This document shows, piece after piece, positions 37,187 to 47,150 of a DNA stretch of 64,000 nucleotides. Position numbers and translations under genes: made by a program. This DNA comes from an uncultured Planctomycetales bacterium (GTDB lineage Bacteria > Omnitrophota > Gorgyraeia > Gygaellales > Profunditerraquicolaceae): assembly GCA_964487475.1 (NCBI GenBank), contig CAZAPM010000001.1, positions 12,374-76,373 of the forward strand, given 5' to 3'. Position 1 is the stretch's first letter. Every line of letters starts with the position of its first letter. Below the pieces are notes generated by a model, which ran no database searches, was not told where the DNA came from, and saw only the letters and a list, made by a program, of their open reading frames with translations.

Positions 37187-38326
37187 ATGCATATCCTTAC
37201 CCGGGCAGTGCTCCCAAAAGGGTTCAAGGCGTTCGGCCTTTCCGCGGGCCTCAAGAAGAACGGGAAAGAGGACCTCGCGCTTTTCGTCTCCGAGGTCCCG
37301 GCAACGGCGTGCTGCCTGACCACCGTCAATACCATGGCGGCGGCGCCGGTCATCGTCTCCCGCGAGCATTGCCGCAAAGGGAATTTTCTCCGGGCGATCA
37401 TCGCCAACAGCGGCGGCGCCAATGCGTTCACCGGTGCGCCGGGGCTGCGGGACGCGCGGCAGATGTGCCGGGCGGCGGCGAAGCACCTAAGGGTCAAAGA
37501 ATCGCAGGTGCTGGTGGCTTCCACCGGGATCATCGGCAAGAGGCTGGACGTCTCCCTGGTGGAGAAGGCGCTGCCGGCGCTGGTCTCGAAGCTTTCCCCG
37601 AAAGGTATCGCGCAGGCCAGCCGGGCGATCCGTACCACGGATAAATTCGCCAAGGAAGCGACGGTCAAGGTCATGATCGGAGGCGTCCCCGTGACTGTCT
37701 GCGGGGTGGCCAAGGGCGCGGGGATGATCTCCCCGAAGATGGCGACCATGTTCGGGTTCGTGTTCACGGATGCGGCTATCGAAAAGGGAGCGCTTCGCCG
37801 GGCTTTGGTGCAGGCGGTGGCAGCATCCTTTAATTCCATCACCGTAGACGGCTGCATGAGCACCAATGATATCGCGGCGGTCTTCGCCAACGGAGCGGCC
37901 GGCAATGCCGTCATCTCCGGGGGCGCGCGCCTTAAGGAGTTCACCGCGGCGCTTTCGGCAGTCTGCCTGCGCCTGGCAAAACTGATGGTGCAGGACGGCG
38001 AGGGATCGACCAAGGTGGTGACGATACGGGTGACGCAGGCCCGCACGGCCGAAGAGGCCCGTACGGCGGCCCTGGCCATCGCCAATTCGCCCCTCTTCAA
38101 GTGCGCCATGTTCGCCTCCAGCCATAATATCCGGGGCAGGATGGTGGCGGCGATCGGCGCTGCCGGTATCCCCGTCAAAGAGCAGGCGCTGCGCATACGG
38201 TATACCGACCTGCGTAAACGGGATGTAGGGATCACGGTGGCGCTGGGGCGGGGAACGCGGGAAGCGGTGATCTATTCTTCAGACCTTTCCTACGAATATG
38301 TGAAGGTCAATGCCCAGTACAATTAG
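37187..38326 (+). CDS. argJ: bifunctional ornithine acetyltransferase / N-acetylglutamate synthase
   Basis: ArgJ family: autoproteolytic ATMFGF site region (PKMATMFGFVFTDA). Typical length. Confidence 0.9.
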   Translation: MHILTRAVLPKGFKAFGLSAGLKKNGKEDLALFVSEVPATACCLTTVNTMAAAPVIVSREHCRKGNFLRAIIANSGGANAFTGAPGLRDARQMCRAAAKHLRVKESQVLVASTGIIGKRLDVSLVEKALPALVSKLSPKGIAQASRAIRTTDKFAKEATVKVMIGGVPVTVCGVAKGAGMISPKMATMFGFVFTDAAIEKGALRRALVQAVAASFNSITVDGCMSTNDIAAVFANGAAGNAVISGGARLKEFTAALSAVCLRLAKLMVQDGEGSTKVVTIRVTQARTAEEARTAALAIANSPLFKCAMFASSHNIRGRMVAAIGAAGIPVKEQALRIRYTDLRKRDVGITVALGRGTREAVIYSSDLSYEYVKVNAQYN

Positions 38327-38347
38327 CGTTTCAGAGAGAGAGGCCGT

Positions 38348-39202
38348 ATGGATGATGCGATAAAAAAAGCGGAAGTGCTGATCGAGGCCCTTCCCTATAT
38401 CAAGAAGTTCCACCGCAAGGTGGTGGTCATCAAATACGGGGGAAGCATCCTCGGGGAAGAGAAGATCCGCAAGGGAGTGCTTGAGGATATCGTGTTCCTG
38501 AATTTCATGGGACTGCGCCCGGTGCTGGTGCACGGGGGAGGGCCCAATATCAGCGACCGCATGCGTTCCACGGGCAAGAAGAGCGAATTCGTGGACGGGA
38601 TACGCGTGACGGACGAAGCGACCTTGAAACTGGTGGAGGAGGAACTGCAGTCCTTGAACGCCATGATCGTCTCCGAGCTCAACGAGATGGGCGCGAGAGC
38701 GGTCGGCTTGAGCGGCAAGGACCGGACCATCGTGCAGGTGGAGAAGAAGAAGGCGAAAGTGGATTTAGGGTTGGTCGGCCAGGTGGTGGCCATCAACGCC
38801 AAGCCGATCTTCGACGAACTCGAGCATAACCGCATCCCGGTCATTTTGCCCATGGGGGTCTGCCGGGAAGGCAGGGCGTATAACGTCAACGCGGACGAAT
38901 CTGCCGCGAGCATCTCGGTGGCGCTGGGAGCGGAGAAGATGGTGCTGCTGACCAACGTCAAGGGGATCATGCGCAATCCCGAGGACCCGGGTTCTTTCAT
39001 CTCGACCCTGACCGTTGAAGAGGCCAAGGGGCTCATTCACAGCAACGTCGTGCAGCAGGGGATGATCCCCAAGGTCAAGGCGTGCATCGACGCGCTGGAG
39101 ATAGGGGTGAAGAAGACCCACATGATCGACGCGCGCACCCCGCACGGGCTGCTGCTGGAGATATTCACCGATCAGGGCGTAGGTACCGAAATAGTCCAAT
39201 AA
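38348..39202 (+). CDS. argB: acetylglutamate kinase
   Basis: VVVIKYGGS and VLVHGGGP amino-acid-kinase motifs. Confidence 0.9.
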   Translation: MDDAIKKAEVLIEALPYIKKFHRKVVVIKYGGSILGEEKIRKGVLEDIVFLNFMGLRPVLVHGGGPNISDRMRSTGKKSEFVDGIRVTDEATLKLVEEELQSLNAMIVSELNEMGARAVGLSGKDRTIVQVEKKKAKVDLGLVGQVVAINAKPIFDELEHNRIPVILPMGVCREGRAYNVNADESAASISVALGAEKMVLLTNVKGIMRNPEDPGSFISTLTVEEAKGLIHSNVVQQGMIPKVKACIDALEIGVKKTHMIDARTPHGLLLEIFTDQGVGTEIVQ

Positions 39203-39215
39203 GAAAAGGCATACC

Positions 39216-40397
39216 GTGACGATAGACGAAGTGTTCGCCAGTTACAAAGAGAATATCCTGCCGACGTACACGAAGGTCCCGCTGGTCTTTGTGAAGGGCA
39301 AGGGAAGCCGTCTTTGGGACCTCCGGCATAAGGAGTACCTCGATTTCTTCCCGGGCTGGGGGGTGGGGAATCTCGGCCACTGCCATCCGAAAGTGATGCA
39401 GGCGGTGCGCGAACAGGTCGGCTCCCTGATCTTCGTGCCGAATAATTATCATCATATCGCGCAGGCGAAGCTGGCCAAGGAGCTGATCGCGCAGTCTTTC
39501 CCGGGTAAGGTGTTCTTCTGCAATTCCGGCGCCGAGGCCAATGAAGGAGCGTTCAAGCTGGCGCGCAAGTTCGGACAGGGCCGTTTCGAGATCATCACCT
39601 TCGAGAACGCTTTCCACGGCCGTACGCTCGCGGCGTTGACCGCGACCGGCCAGAAGAAGTATATGGAAGGGTTCGGACCGTTCCCCGAGGGGTTCCGTCA
39701 GGCTAAGTTCAACGACCTGGATTCCGTAAGGGCGCTGGTCGGCGAGAACACGGTCGGGGTCATCCTGGAACTGGTGCAGGGGGAGGGCGGGATCAATATC
39801 GCGACCCCGGAGTTCGTGCAGGGGCTGCGGGAACTTTGCGACCGGAAGAAACTGCTCCTGATCGTGGACGAGGTGCAGACGGGGGTCGGCCGCACGGGAC
39901 GGATGTTCGCCTATCAGCATTACGGGATAGTCCCCGATGTCATGACCCTGGCCAAGGCGTTGGGCGGCGGGCTTCCTATCGGCTGTATGGTGGTGCGTAA
40001 GGAGATCTCCGAGGTGCTGCAGCCGGGGATGCATGCCTCAACGTTCGGCGGAGGCCCGGTGATCTGCCGGGCGGCGCTGGCGGTCCTGAAGGCGGCAAAA
40101 GAGGGGAAACTGGCTGCCGCGGCAAAGGAGAAGGGCGCATCGCTCATGCTGAAGCTGCAGGAGCTGGCCAAAGAATTCCCCGTGATCAAAGAGGTGCGCG
40201 GACTGGGGCTGATGATCGGGATCGAGCTTACCCTTCCCGGCAAGGATATCGTGGCCAAGTGCATGGAAAAGGGGCTTTTGATCAACTGCACCCATGATAC
40301 GGTGCTGCGGATCATGCCCTCGCTCCTGGTGACGGAGGCGGAGATGAACAAGGCGGTGCGCATTTTAAGGGACGTTTTTGTGCGATGCGCAAGATAA
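39216..40397 (+). CDS. argD: acetylornithine aminotransferase
   Basis: Class III aminotransferase: FCNSGAEANEGA and the LLIVDEVQTGVGRTG PLP-lysine region. Confidence 0.85.
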   Translation: MTIDEVFASYKENILPTYTKVPLVFVKGKGSRLWDLRHKEYLDFFPGWGVGNLGHCHPKVMQAVREQVGSLIFVPNNYHHIAQAKLAKELIAQSFPGKVFFCNSGAEANEGAFKLARKFGQGRFEIITFENAFHGRTLAALTATGQKKYMEGFGPFPEGFRQAKFNDLDSVRALVGENTVGVILELVQGEGGINIATPEFVQGLRELCDRKKLLLIVDEVQTGVGRTGRMFAYQHYGIVPDVMTLAKALGGGLPIGCMVVRKEISEVLQPGMHASTFGGGPVICRAALAVLKAAKEGKLAAAAKEKGASLMLKLQELAKEFPVIKEVRGLGLMIGIELTLPGKDIVAKCMEKGLLINCTHDTVLRIMPSLLVTEAEMNKAVRILRDVFVRCAR

Positions 40398-41113
40398 AAG
40401 GGATTATTTTGATATCAGCGTTTGCCGTCTCGTTGCAGTCCGCCTGTGCCCAGGACGTTCCGACCGCGGAGCGGGGCACACCGGTAAGAGTATTGGCAGA
40501 GAGTCAGGTGCGCACTTCTGGAATCGAGGAAAAGGGGGTATGGCGGTTTACCGGCGAACGCGAGTGGGGGGATTTCATTGCCGGGCATCCATTTTTGCTT
40601 AAGGATGAATCGGTGGTACCTGTGACGATGCAGGAGGACGTGGCAGCAAGGATGGAGGAGGTGCGGCGGGCAAATCTCGAAGAATCAGCCGCGTTGTTTG
40701 CCAAGCAGTATTCCTGTTCTCTTGAAGAGGCAAAATCGGCTTTGCTGGCCCGTTGGCAGAAAGATGAAGCGTGTCGCCGGGGGGATTGTCGTGTGGATTT
40801 CGGCGGTGAAATGGTGGTGGTGGTCGCGTTAGGACACACTCAGACACAGCGGTATGTGAGCAGGGTGATCGAAGATGAGGCATCGCTGAAAATCCTCGTT
40901 GATTACATCACGATGCAAAGTGTATCGAAAGGGGATCCCAAGGGTTTTGGTGCCGTTCAGGAAGAACAGCTTCCGCCTGTGGATCCCAGTACTCCCGCGG
41001 TGCTTCTGGTACTGCCCCGGTCGAGCAAGAGGATAGAAGGGTATGAGAATGTGCAGAACGGCCTTGGTCTGCCGCCGGTGTGGAAGAAATATTTCGAGTT
41101 GACCGGGGTGTGA
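40385..41113 (+). CDS. secreted hypothetical protein inserted between argD and argF
   Basis: Cleavable signal peptide (MRKIKGIILISAFAVSLQSACAQ). Visibly lower GC than the flanking genes. No recognisable domain. Confidence 0.5.
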   Translation: MRKIKGIILISAFAVSLQSACAQDVPTAERGTPVRVLAESQVRTSGIEEKGVWRFTGEREWGDFIAGHPFLLKDESVVPVTMQEDVAARMEEVRRANLEESAALFAKQYSCSLEEAKSALLARWQKDEACRRGDCRVDFGGEMVVVVALGHTQTQRYVSRVIEDEASLKILVDYITMQSVSKGDPKGFGAVQEEQLPPVDPSTPAVLLVLPRSSKRIEGYENVQNGLGLPPVWKKYFELTGV

Positions 41114-41127
41114 GAGTAGGGGATGCC

Positions 41128-42051
41128 ATGAAGAAAGACCTGATATCCGTAGGGATGTTGACCGGCGCCGAAGTGCGCGCGCTTTTTGCGTTGACCGACA
41201 AGCTCAAGCGTACCCCGAAATTGTTTGCGCGGGCGCTTGCCGGCAAGACCATCGCGTTGATCTTCCAGAAGCCTTCGAACCGCACCCGTGTTTCCTTTGA
41301 GGTGGGGATGACCCAGCTGGGAGGCGCGGCGATTTACCTAAGCCCGGCGGAGATAAACCTGGGCGTGCGCGAGTCCGTCAAGGACGTGGCGCGCACCCTT
41401 TCCCGGTATGTGGACGGGATCGTCATCCGCACCTTCGGCCACGGCAACGTGCTGGAGCTGGCGGAGCACGCTACCGTGCCGGTGATCAACGGTTTGTCGG
41501 ATTTCTCCCATCCCTGCCAGGCGCTGGCGGATGTCTATACCTTGCGCGAGAAGAGGGGAAGGCTCAAAGGTCTGACCTTAGCCTACGTGGGCGACGGCAA
41601 CAACGTGTGCAACTCGCTCCTGTATACCTGCGCCAAAGCCGGGGTGAATATCCGGGTGGCGACCCCGAAGGGGTTCGAGCCCGACGGAGGGGTGGTGGAG
41701 GCATCCATCGAGACCGCGCGGATGGCCGGCTCCCTGGTGGAGCTTTTCTATGATCCCCGGGAAGCGGTCAGGAACGCGGACGTGATCTATACGGACGTCT
41801 GGACCAGTATGGGGCAGGAGGCCGAGGCCAGGAAACGCCGCAGGATATTCGCAAAGTTCCAGGTGAACTCCTCGCTGCTTAACTTGGCCAGTAAGGACGT
41901 GATGGTGATGCACTGCCTTCCGGCGCATCGCGACGAAGAGATCACGGACGAAGTGATGGAAGGCCGCCACTCCGTGGTGTTCGACGAGGCGGAGAACCGG
42001 CTGCACGTACAGAAGGCCGTGCTGCTTACTTTACTTGGGGAGAAGAAATGA
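41128..42051 (+). CDS. argF: ornithine carbamoyltransferase
   Basis: Start trimmed to MKKDLISVGML. SNRTR carbamoyl-phosphate motif and HCLP ornithine-binding motif. Confidence 0.9.
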   Translation: MKKDLISVGMLTGAEVRALFALTDKLKRTPKLFARALAGKTIALIFQKPSNRTRVSFEVGMTQLGGAAIYLSPAEINLGVRESVKDVARTLSRYVDGIVIRTFGHGNVLELAEHATVPVINGLSDFSHPCQALADVYTLREKRGRLKGLTLAYVGDGNNVCNSLLYTCAKAGVNIRVATPKGFEPDGGVVEASIETARMAGSLVELFYDPREAVRNADVIYTDVWTSMGQEAEARKRRRIFAKFQVNSSLLNLASKDVMVMHCLPAHRDEEITDEVMEGRHSVVFDEAENRLHVQKAVLLTLLGEKK

Positions 42052-43229
42052 AAAAAGTGGTGTTGGCATATTCCGGAGGGCTGGATACCTCCTGCATCGT
42101 GCGGTGGCTCAAGGATAAAGGGTATGAGGTGGTCTGTTTCGTCGCCGATCTGGGCCAGGGGCTGGGCAAGGGCGAGGACCTGGAGAAGATCGAAGCGCGC
42201 GCCCTGGCCGCGGGAGCGGTCAAGGTCTATATCAAGGACGTGCAGGAAGAGTTCATCAGGGATTTCATCGTGCCGGCGATCAAATCGAACGCCATGTACG
42301 AGGGCAAGTACCCTCTCGCCACCGCCCTGGGCCGGCCTTTGATCGCAAAATACCTGGTGGATATCGCGCATCGCGAAAAAGCGACGGCAGTGGCGCACGG
42401 ATGCACGGGCAAGGGCAATGACCAGGTGCGGCTGGAGGTGACCGCGCAGATCCTAGATCCGAAACTCGAGATCATCGCTCCGGTCAGGGAGTGGGAGTTC
42501 AAGTCCCGCGAGGAGGAGATCGATTACTGCCTGGCGCACCGCATCCCGATCGACGTCACCAAGAAGAAGCCGTACAGTATCGACCGTAACATCTGGGGGA
42601 TCAGCATAGAATCGGGAGTGCTGGAGGACCTGATGAACGAGCCTCCCGAAGACTGTTATATGATCACGAAGAGCCCTCAGAACGCCCCGGCGACACCGAA
42701 GTACGTGGAGGTGTCCTTCGCCAAGGGCGTGCCTGTGGCGCTGGATGGAAAGAAGCTGGCCTTAAAGGACCTCATCGTCAGGCTCAATGCGCTGGCGGGA
42801 AACTGCGGGGTGGGCCGGATAGATATGGTGGAGAACAGGCTGGTCGGCATCAAATCGCGGGAGATCTACGAGGCTCCGGCAGCGACCGTGCTTCTGACGG
42901 CGCATAAGGAGCTGGAGGCGGTGGTGCTGGACCGGGAGCTGGCGCATTTCAAGGAGATGCTTTCCTTGCGGTACGCGGAGCTGGTGTACACCGGCCTGTG
43001 GTATTCGGAACTCAAGCGCAGCCTGGACGCGTTCATGGAGGCGACGCAGAAATATGTCAGCGGCACCGTCACCATGAAGCTGTGCCGGGGCGTATGCGTC
43101 GCCGCAAAGCGTTCCTCGCCGCACTCTCTGTACAAGCATGAATTGAGCACCTACGGCAAGGAGGATAAGTTCAACCAGAAGCTTGCCGAAGGATTTATCC
43201 GTTTGTGGGGTATGCCTTACCAGCGTTGA
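42048..43229 (+). CDS. argG: argininosuccinate synthase
   Basis: AYSGGLDTS (PP-loop) and GCTGKGNDQVR. Confidence 0.9.
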   Translation: MKKVVLAYSGGLDTSCIVRWLKDKGYEVVCFVADLGQGLGKGEDLEKIEARALAAGAVKVYIKDVQEEFIRDFIVPAIKSNAMYEGKYPLATALGRPLIAKYLVDIAHREKATAVAHGCTGKGNDQVRLEVTAQILDPKLEIIAPVREWEFKSREEEIDYCLAHRIPIDVTKKKPYSIDRNIWGISIESGVLEDLMNEPPEDCYMITKSPQNAPATPKYVEVSFAKGVPVALDGKKLALKDLIVRLNALAGNCGVGRIDMVENRLVGIKSREIYEAPAATVLLTAHKELEAVVLDRELAHFKEMLSLRYAELVYTGLWYSELKRSLDAFMEATQKYVSGTVTMKLCRGVCVAAKRSSPHSLYKHELSTYGKEDKFNQKLAEGFIRLWGMPYQR

Positions 43230-43240
43230 AAGAGGATGAG

Positions 43241-44599
43241 ATGAAAAAGAAATTATGGGGTGGCAGGTTCACCAAGCCGATCGATCCGATATTCGAAGCC
43301 TTCAGCCAGTCCGTGTACTTCGATCACACCCTGGCGGAGTTCGACTGCATCGGGTCCATCCTCCACGTACTGGTGCTGCGAAACGCGAAGTATCTGTCCT
43401 CTGCCGAAGCGTCCCGCCTGATCCAGGGGCTGGTGAAGGTGCACGGTAAAGCGGTCTCGGGGATGCTCTATCACGGGCAGGAAGCCGAGGATGTGCATAC
43501 CCTGATCCAGCAGGAGCTGGCCAAGAGCGCCGGATCCCTGGTCGCAAAGCTGCACACGGCACGTTCCCGTAACGACCAGGTGGTGCTGGCCACGAAACTT
43601 TATTGCCGTCACCAGACCGGAGGGATGCTGCTTTGCCTGGCGGACCTGATCGAAGCGTTCGACGCCGCCGCCGAGAAGTATCAGGGGCTGGTGCTTCCCG
43701 GGTTCACCCATATGCAGCACGCCCAGCCGGTGGAGGCGCAGGATTATTTCGGCGCTTACTCGGCCATGTTGCAGCGGGATTATGCCAAGCTCAAGGCGGT
43801 CCATGAATCCATCGAGTTGTCCTTCGGGTCGGGTGCGCTCGCCGGTACGCCCATCGCGGCGCAGCATTACCGGGTGACGTTGCCGGAGCCGGTGCGCAAG
43901 GCTTTGGGAGTGAAGGAGCGGATCTCCCTGGTCCCCGCGTCCAATGCGCTGGATACGGTGAGCAGCCGGGATTTCGTGCTGGACATCCTTTCGGCGCTGG
44001 CGGTCATGGGCATGCATTTTTCCCGCTTCGCCGAGGATATGATCATCTGGTCGAGCCAGGAGTTCTCCTTCGTCGAGCTTGACGATGCCTATTGCACGGG
44101 AAGTTCCCTGATGCCGCAGAAGAAGAATCCCGACGCGCTGGAGCTTATCCGGGGGTATGCGGGACGACTGCAGGGGAACCTGGTAAGCGTCTTGACCATG
44201 CTCAAGGGGCTGCCGCTTTCCTATAACCGGGATATGCAGCTGGATAAGGAGCCTCTGTTCGAATCCATGGAATCGAGCCTGGTGATGACGCGTATCCTGG
44301 CCGGAGTGGTGGGGTCCCTTTCCCTGCGCCGCGATACCATCGCCCGCGGCCTGGAAGATGAAGGGCTTTATGCCACCGACCTGGCGTATTTTCTGGTACA
44401 CAAGGGTGTGGCATTCTCACGGGCGCACGAGACCGTCGGACGGCTGTTCCGGTATGCGGCGGACAGGTCGCTGGCGGTGAAGGATATGGAAGAGAAGGTC
44501 CTGAAAACGTTCCATCCCTGCCTTACCCGGGAAGCGGTGTCCGGTATCTTCGATGCGGCCGCGTCGGTGAAGGCGAAGCGCTCTTTGCTGCGCAGGTAG
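43241..44599 (+). CDS. argH: argininosuccinate lyase
   Basis: Start trimmed to MKKKLWGGRF. Fumarate-lyase signature GSSLMPQKKNPD. Confidence 0.9.
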   Translation: MKKKLWGGRFTKPIDPIFEAFSQSVYFDHTLAEFDCIGSILHVLVLRNAKYLSSAEASRLIQGLVKVHGKAVSGMLYHGQEAEDVHTLIQQELAKSAGSLVAKLHTARSRNDQVVLATKLYCRHQTGGMLLCLADLIEAFDAAAEKYQGLVLPGFTHMQHAQPVEAQDYFGAYSAMLQRDYAKLKAVHESIELSFGSGALAGTPIAAQHYRVTLPEPVRKALGVKERISLVPASNALDTVSSRDFVLDILSALAVMGMHFSRFAEDMIIWSSQEFSFVELDDAYCTGSSLMPQKKNPDALELIRGYAGRLQGNLVSVLTMLKGLPLSYNRDMQLDKEPLFESMESSLVMTRILAGVVGSLSLRRDTIARGLEDEGLYATDLAYFLVHKGVAFSRAHETVGRLFRYAADRSLAVKDMEEKVLKTFHPCLTREAVSGIFDAAASVKAKRSLLRR

Positions 44600-44609
44600 G
44601 AGGAAGGAT

Positions 44610-45044
44610 ATGCGTAAGGCGTTCCTGGTCACGGTATTTTTTCTGACGGCTTGCAGCATTGCGGCGCAGGCGCAGGCGAAGTCGAAGCCCCGCGCTAAGA
44701 TGATCGATCTGAATAATGAAAGCCTGACGATCACCACGTATTATCCTTCTCCGGTGGGAAGTTACAACGAGCTTACGGCGAAGAAGTTTTCCCTGGGGTC
44801 CGCGGCGCTGCCTACGCGCAGCGGGGACCTGGTCCTGCAGCCGCAGGAGGGCGATCCGGCAAAGGATTGGCCGGCGGGAGTGGAGGGGCAGCTTTCGTAT
44901 TCGCAGGTATCCCGGTCGCTTTTTGTCTACGATGGAGGTAAGTGGGTGCCTTTTTCGTTCAATGAACCGGAGCATAAGGAAGTGATCCGGGAGCGCAGCG
45001 AGACCCATGTTCCCGGAGTAGTGCACCACGTACGCACACCATAG
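44610..45044 (+). CDS. secreted/lipoprotein-like hypothetical protein between argH and lysA
   Basis: Signal peptide with LTAC lipobox-like site. No recognisable domain. Confidence 0.45.
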   Translation: MRKAFLVTVFFLTACSIAAQAQAKSKPRAKMIDLNNESLTITTYYPSPVGSYNELTAKKFSLGSAALPTRSGDLVLQPQEGDPAKDWPAGVEGQLSYSQVSRSLFVYDGGKWVPFSFNEPEHKEVIRERSETHVPGVVHHVRTP

Positions 45045-45051
45045 AGGACCC

Positions 45052-46308
45052 ATGCACGATTTTTCGTATAAAAAAGGCAAGCTCTGTGTCGAGGATGTCA
45101 CGGTATCCGCGCTGGTCAGGGAATTCGGGACTCCGCTGTATGTGTACAGCTATGCCACGCTCCTGGGGCATTTCCTGAAACTGCAGCAGGCTTTCGCCGC
45201 GGTCTCGCCGCTTATCTGTTACTCGGTCAAGGCCAACTCCAATCTGGGGATACTCAACGCCCTGGTGGAAAAAGGGGCGGGGCTGGATATCGTCTCGGGA
45301 GGGGAGTTGTACCGGGCGCTCAAGGCCGGCTGTCCGGCGTCGCGCATCGTCTATGCCTCCGTCGGAAAGACCGATGCGGAGATCGAGGAAGCGATCCGGC
45401 GGGGGATACTGTTTTTCAACGTCGAGTCCCTTCCGGAGCTCGAACACATCAACCGTATCGCCGGCAGGCTGGGTAAGGTCACCCGCGCGGCGCTGCGCAT
45501 CAATCCCGACGTGGAAGCGAAGACCCATAAGTATATCACTACGGGCAAGCTCACCAACAAGTTCGGCATCGATCTGGAGCGGGCGGGCAGGATACTGCGC
45601 GCACAGCGGGATTTCGCCCATGTGCAGGTGTGCGGGATCCATATCCATATCGGCTCCCAGATCACCCAGAGCGCGCCCTTCGTGGCGGCGCTGACCAAGG
45701 TCAGCCGTTTTATCGAAGATCTGGTGCGGGCGGGGGTGCGGCTGGAGTATCTTAATATCGGCGGGGGCTTAGGTATCGTGTACCGGGACGAAAAGCCCCA
45801 GACGGCGGTGGTGTATGCCTCGCGTATCGTGCCGCTTTTGAAAAAGACCGGCCTGAAGATCATTATGGAGCCGGGAAGGTTCATCGTAGGCAACGCCGGC
45901 ATCCTGGTGACCCGGGTGCTGTACGTGAAACATACCCCGAAAAAGAAATTCATTATCGTGGACGGCGGGATGAACGATCTCATCCGGCCGGCACTCTACG
46001 AGGCGTACCATGAGATCCTGCCGGTGGAGGCGTCCCTCCAGCGGCGCAGGGAAAAAGCGGATATCGTCGGCCCCATCTGCGAAAGCGGTGACTACTTCGC
46101 CAAGGAGCGCCGGGTCGCCCGGGTGCGGGAGGGGGACCTTCTGGCCGTCATGAGCGCGGGCGCCTACGGTTTCAGTATGTCCTCGAATTATAATTCCCGC
46201 AGGCGGGCCGCGGAAGTGATGGTCAAGGGTAAGAGATGCTTCCTGTTGCGGGAGAGGGAGTCGTTCGGCGACCTTATCCGCAACGAACGCATCCCGAAGG
46301 TAGGATAG
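45052..46308 (+). CDS. lysA: diaminopimelate decarboxylase
   Basis: YSVKANSN (PLP Lys) and the alanine-racemase-like N-domain plus the C-terminal beta domain pattern. Confidence 0.9.
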   Translation: MHDFSYKKGKLCVEDVTVSALVREFGTPLYVYSYATLLGHFLKLQQAFAAVSPLICYSVKANSNLGILNALVEKGAGLDIVSGGELYRALKAGCPASRIVYASVGKTDAEIEEAIRRGILFFNVESLPELEHINRIAGRLGKVTRAALRINPDVEAKTHKYITTGKLTNKFGIDLERAGRILRAQRDFAHVQVCGIHIHIGSQITQSAPFVAALTKVSRFIEDLVRAGVRLEYLNIGGGLGIVYRDEKPQTAVVYASRIVPLLKKTGLKIIMEPGRFIVGNAGILVTRVLYVKHTPKKKFIIVDGGMNDLIRPALYEAYHEILPVEASLQRRREKADIVGPICESGDYFAKERRVARVREGDLLAVMSAGAYGFSMSSNYNSRRRAAEVMVKGKRCFLLRERESFGDLIRNERIPKVG

Positions 46309-46310
46309 GC

Positions 46311-47150
46311 ATGGGGAAAATGATTCCGTTCACCAAGATGGTCGGGTCCGGCAACGATTTCGTGGTCGTCGAAGGCGATGAGGTCCCCCGCGGATTCGAC
46401 GTGCATGCCTTTGCCAGGCAGGTATGCCCCCGCATGACGGGGATAGGGGCGGACGGAGTACTGCTTCTGGAGCGTACCAGAAAAGCCGACACCCGTATGC
46501 GCATCATCAATGCCGACGGTTCCGAGGCGGATATGTGCGGCAACGGCGCCCGCTGCGCGGTATATTATCTCACCCGGGTCCTGCCGTGCAAAAAAAACGC
46601 CTGGAAGGTGTCCCTGGAAACGAAGGCCGGGATCATCGAGGCGGCGGTGGCCGGGGACGTGGTCAGCATCAAGCTTACCCCGCCGCGCGGCCTGGCGCTG
46701 GATGTGCCTCTGGCGGTGCTCGGCCGGAAGATGCGGGTCAATTTCCTGAACACCGGAGTGCCGCATACCGTAATCTTCGTGGAAGGCCTGGATACGCTGG
46801 ATGTCGAAGCGCTCGGCCCGGCGATCCGTTATCATACACATTTCTCGCCGGCAGGCACGAACGTGAACTTCGTCGAGCCGTTAACCCGGAAAGCCATCGC
46901 GATCCGCACCTACGAGCGCGGGGTGGAGGGGGAGACGCTGGCCTGCGGCACGGGCAGCACCGCCTCGGCGCTGATCTTCGCGCTGGTCACCGGCGCCGAC
47001 AGTCCTGTTTCGGTGCACACCAGAAGCGGCGAGGTGCTGCGGGTATCTTTCGTCAGGGAAGGCAGCGCGTTGCATGAGGTATGGCTGGAAGGAAAAGCAC
47101 GGATCGTGTTCAAGGGAGAGGTTGCCTGTCTACAAGGGGGTAAACGATGA
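46311..47150 (+). CDS. dapF: diaminopimelate epimerase
   Basis: Start trimmed to MGKMIPFTKMVGSGNDF. The two catalytic Cys regions are GNGARC and ACGTGS. Confidence 0.9.
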   Translation: MGKMIPFTKMVGSGNDFVVVEGDEVPRGFDVHAFARQVCPRMTGIGADGVLLLERTRKADTRMRIINADGSEADMCGNGARCAVYYLTRVLPCKKNAWKVSLETKAGIIEAAVAGDVVSIKLTPPRGLALDVPLAVLGRKMRVNFLNTGVPHTVIFVEGLDTLDVEALGPAIRYHTHFSPAGTNVNFVEPLTRKAIAIRTYERGVEGETLACGTGSTASALIFALVTGADSPVSVHTRSGEVLRVSFVREGSALHEVWLEGKARIVFKGEVACLQGGKR

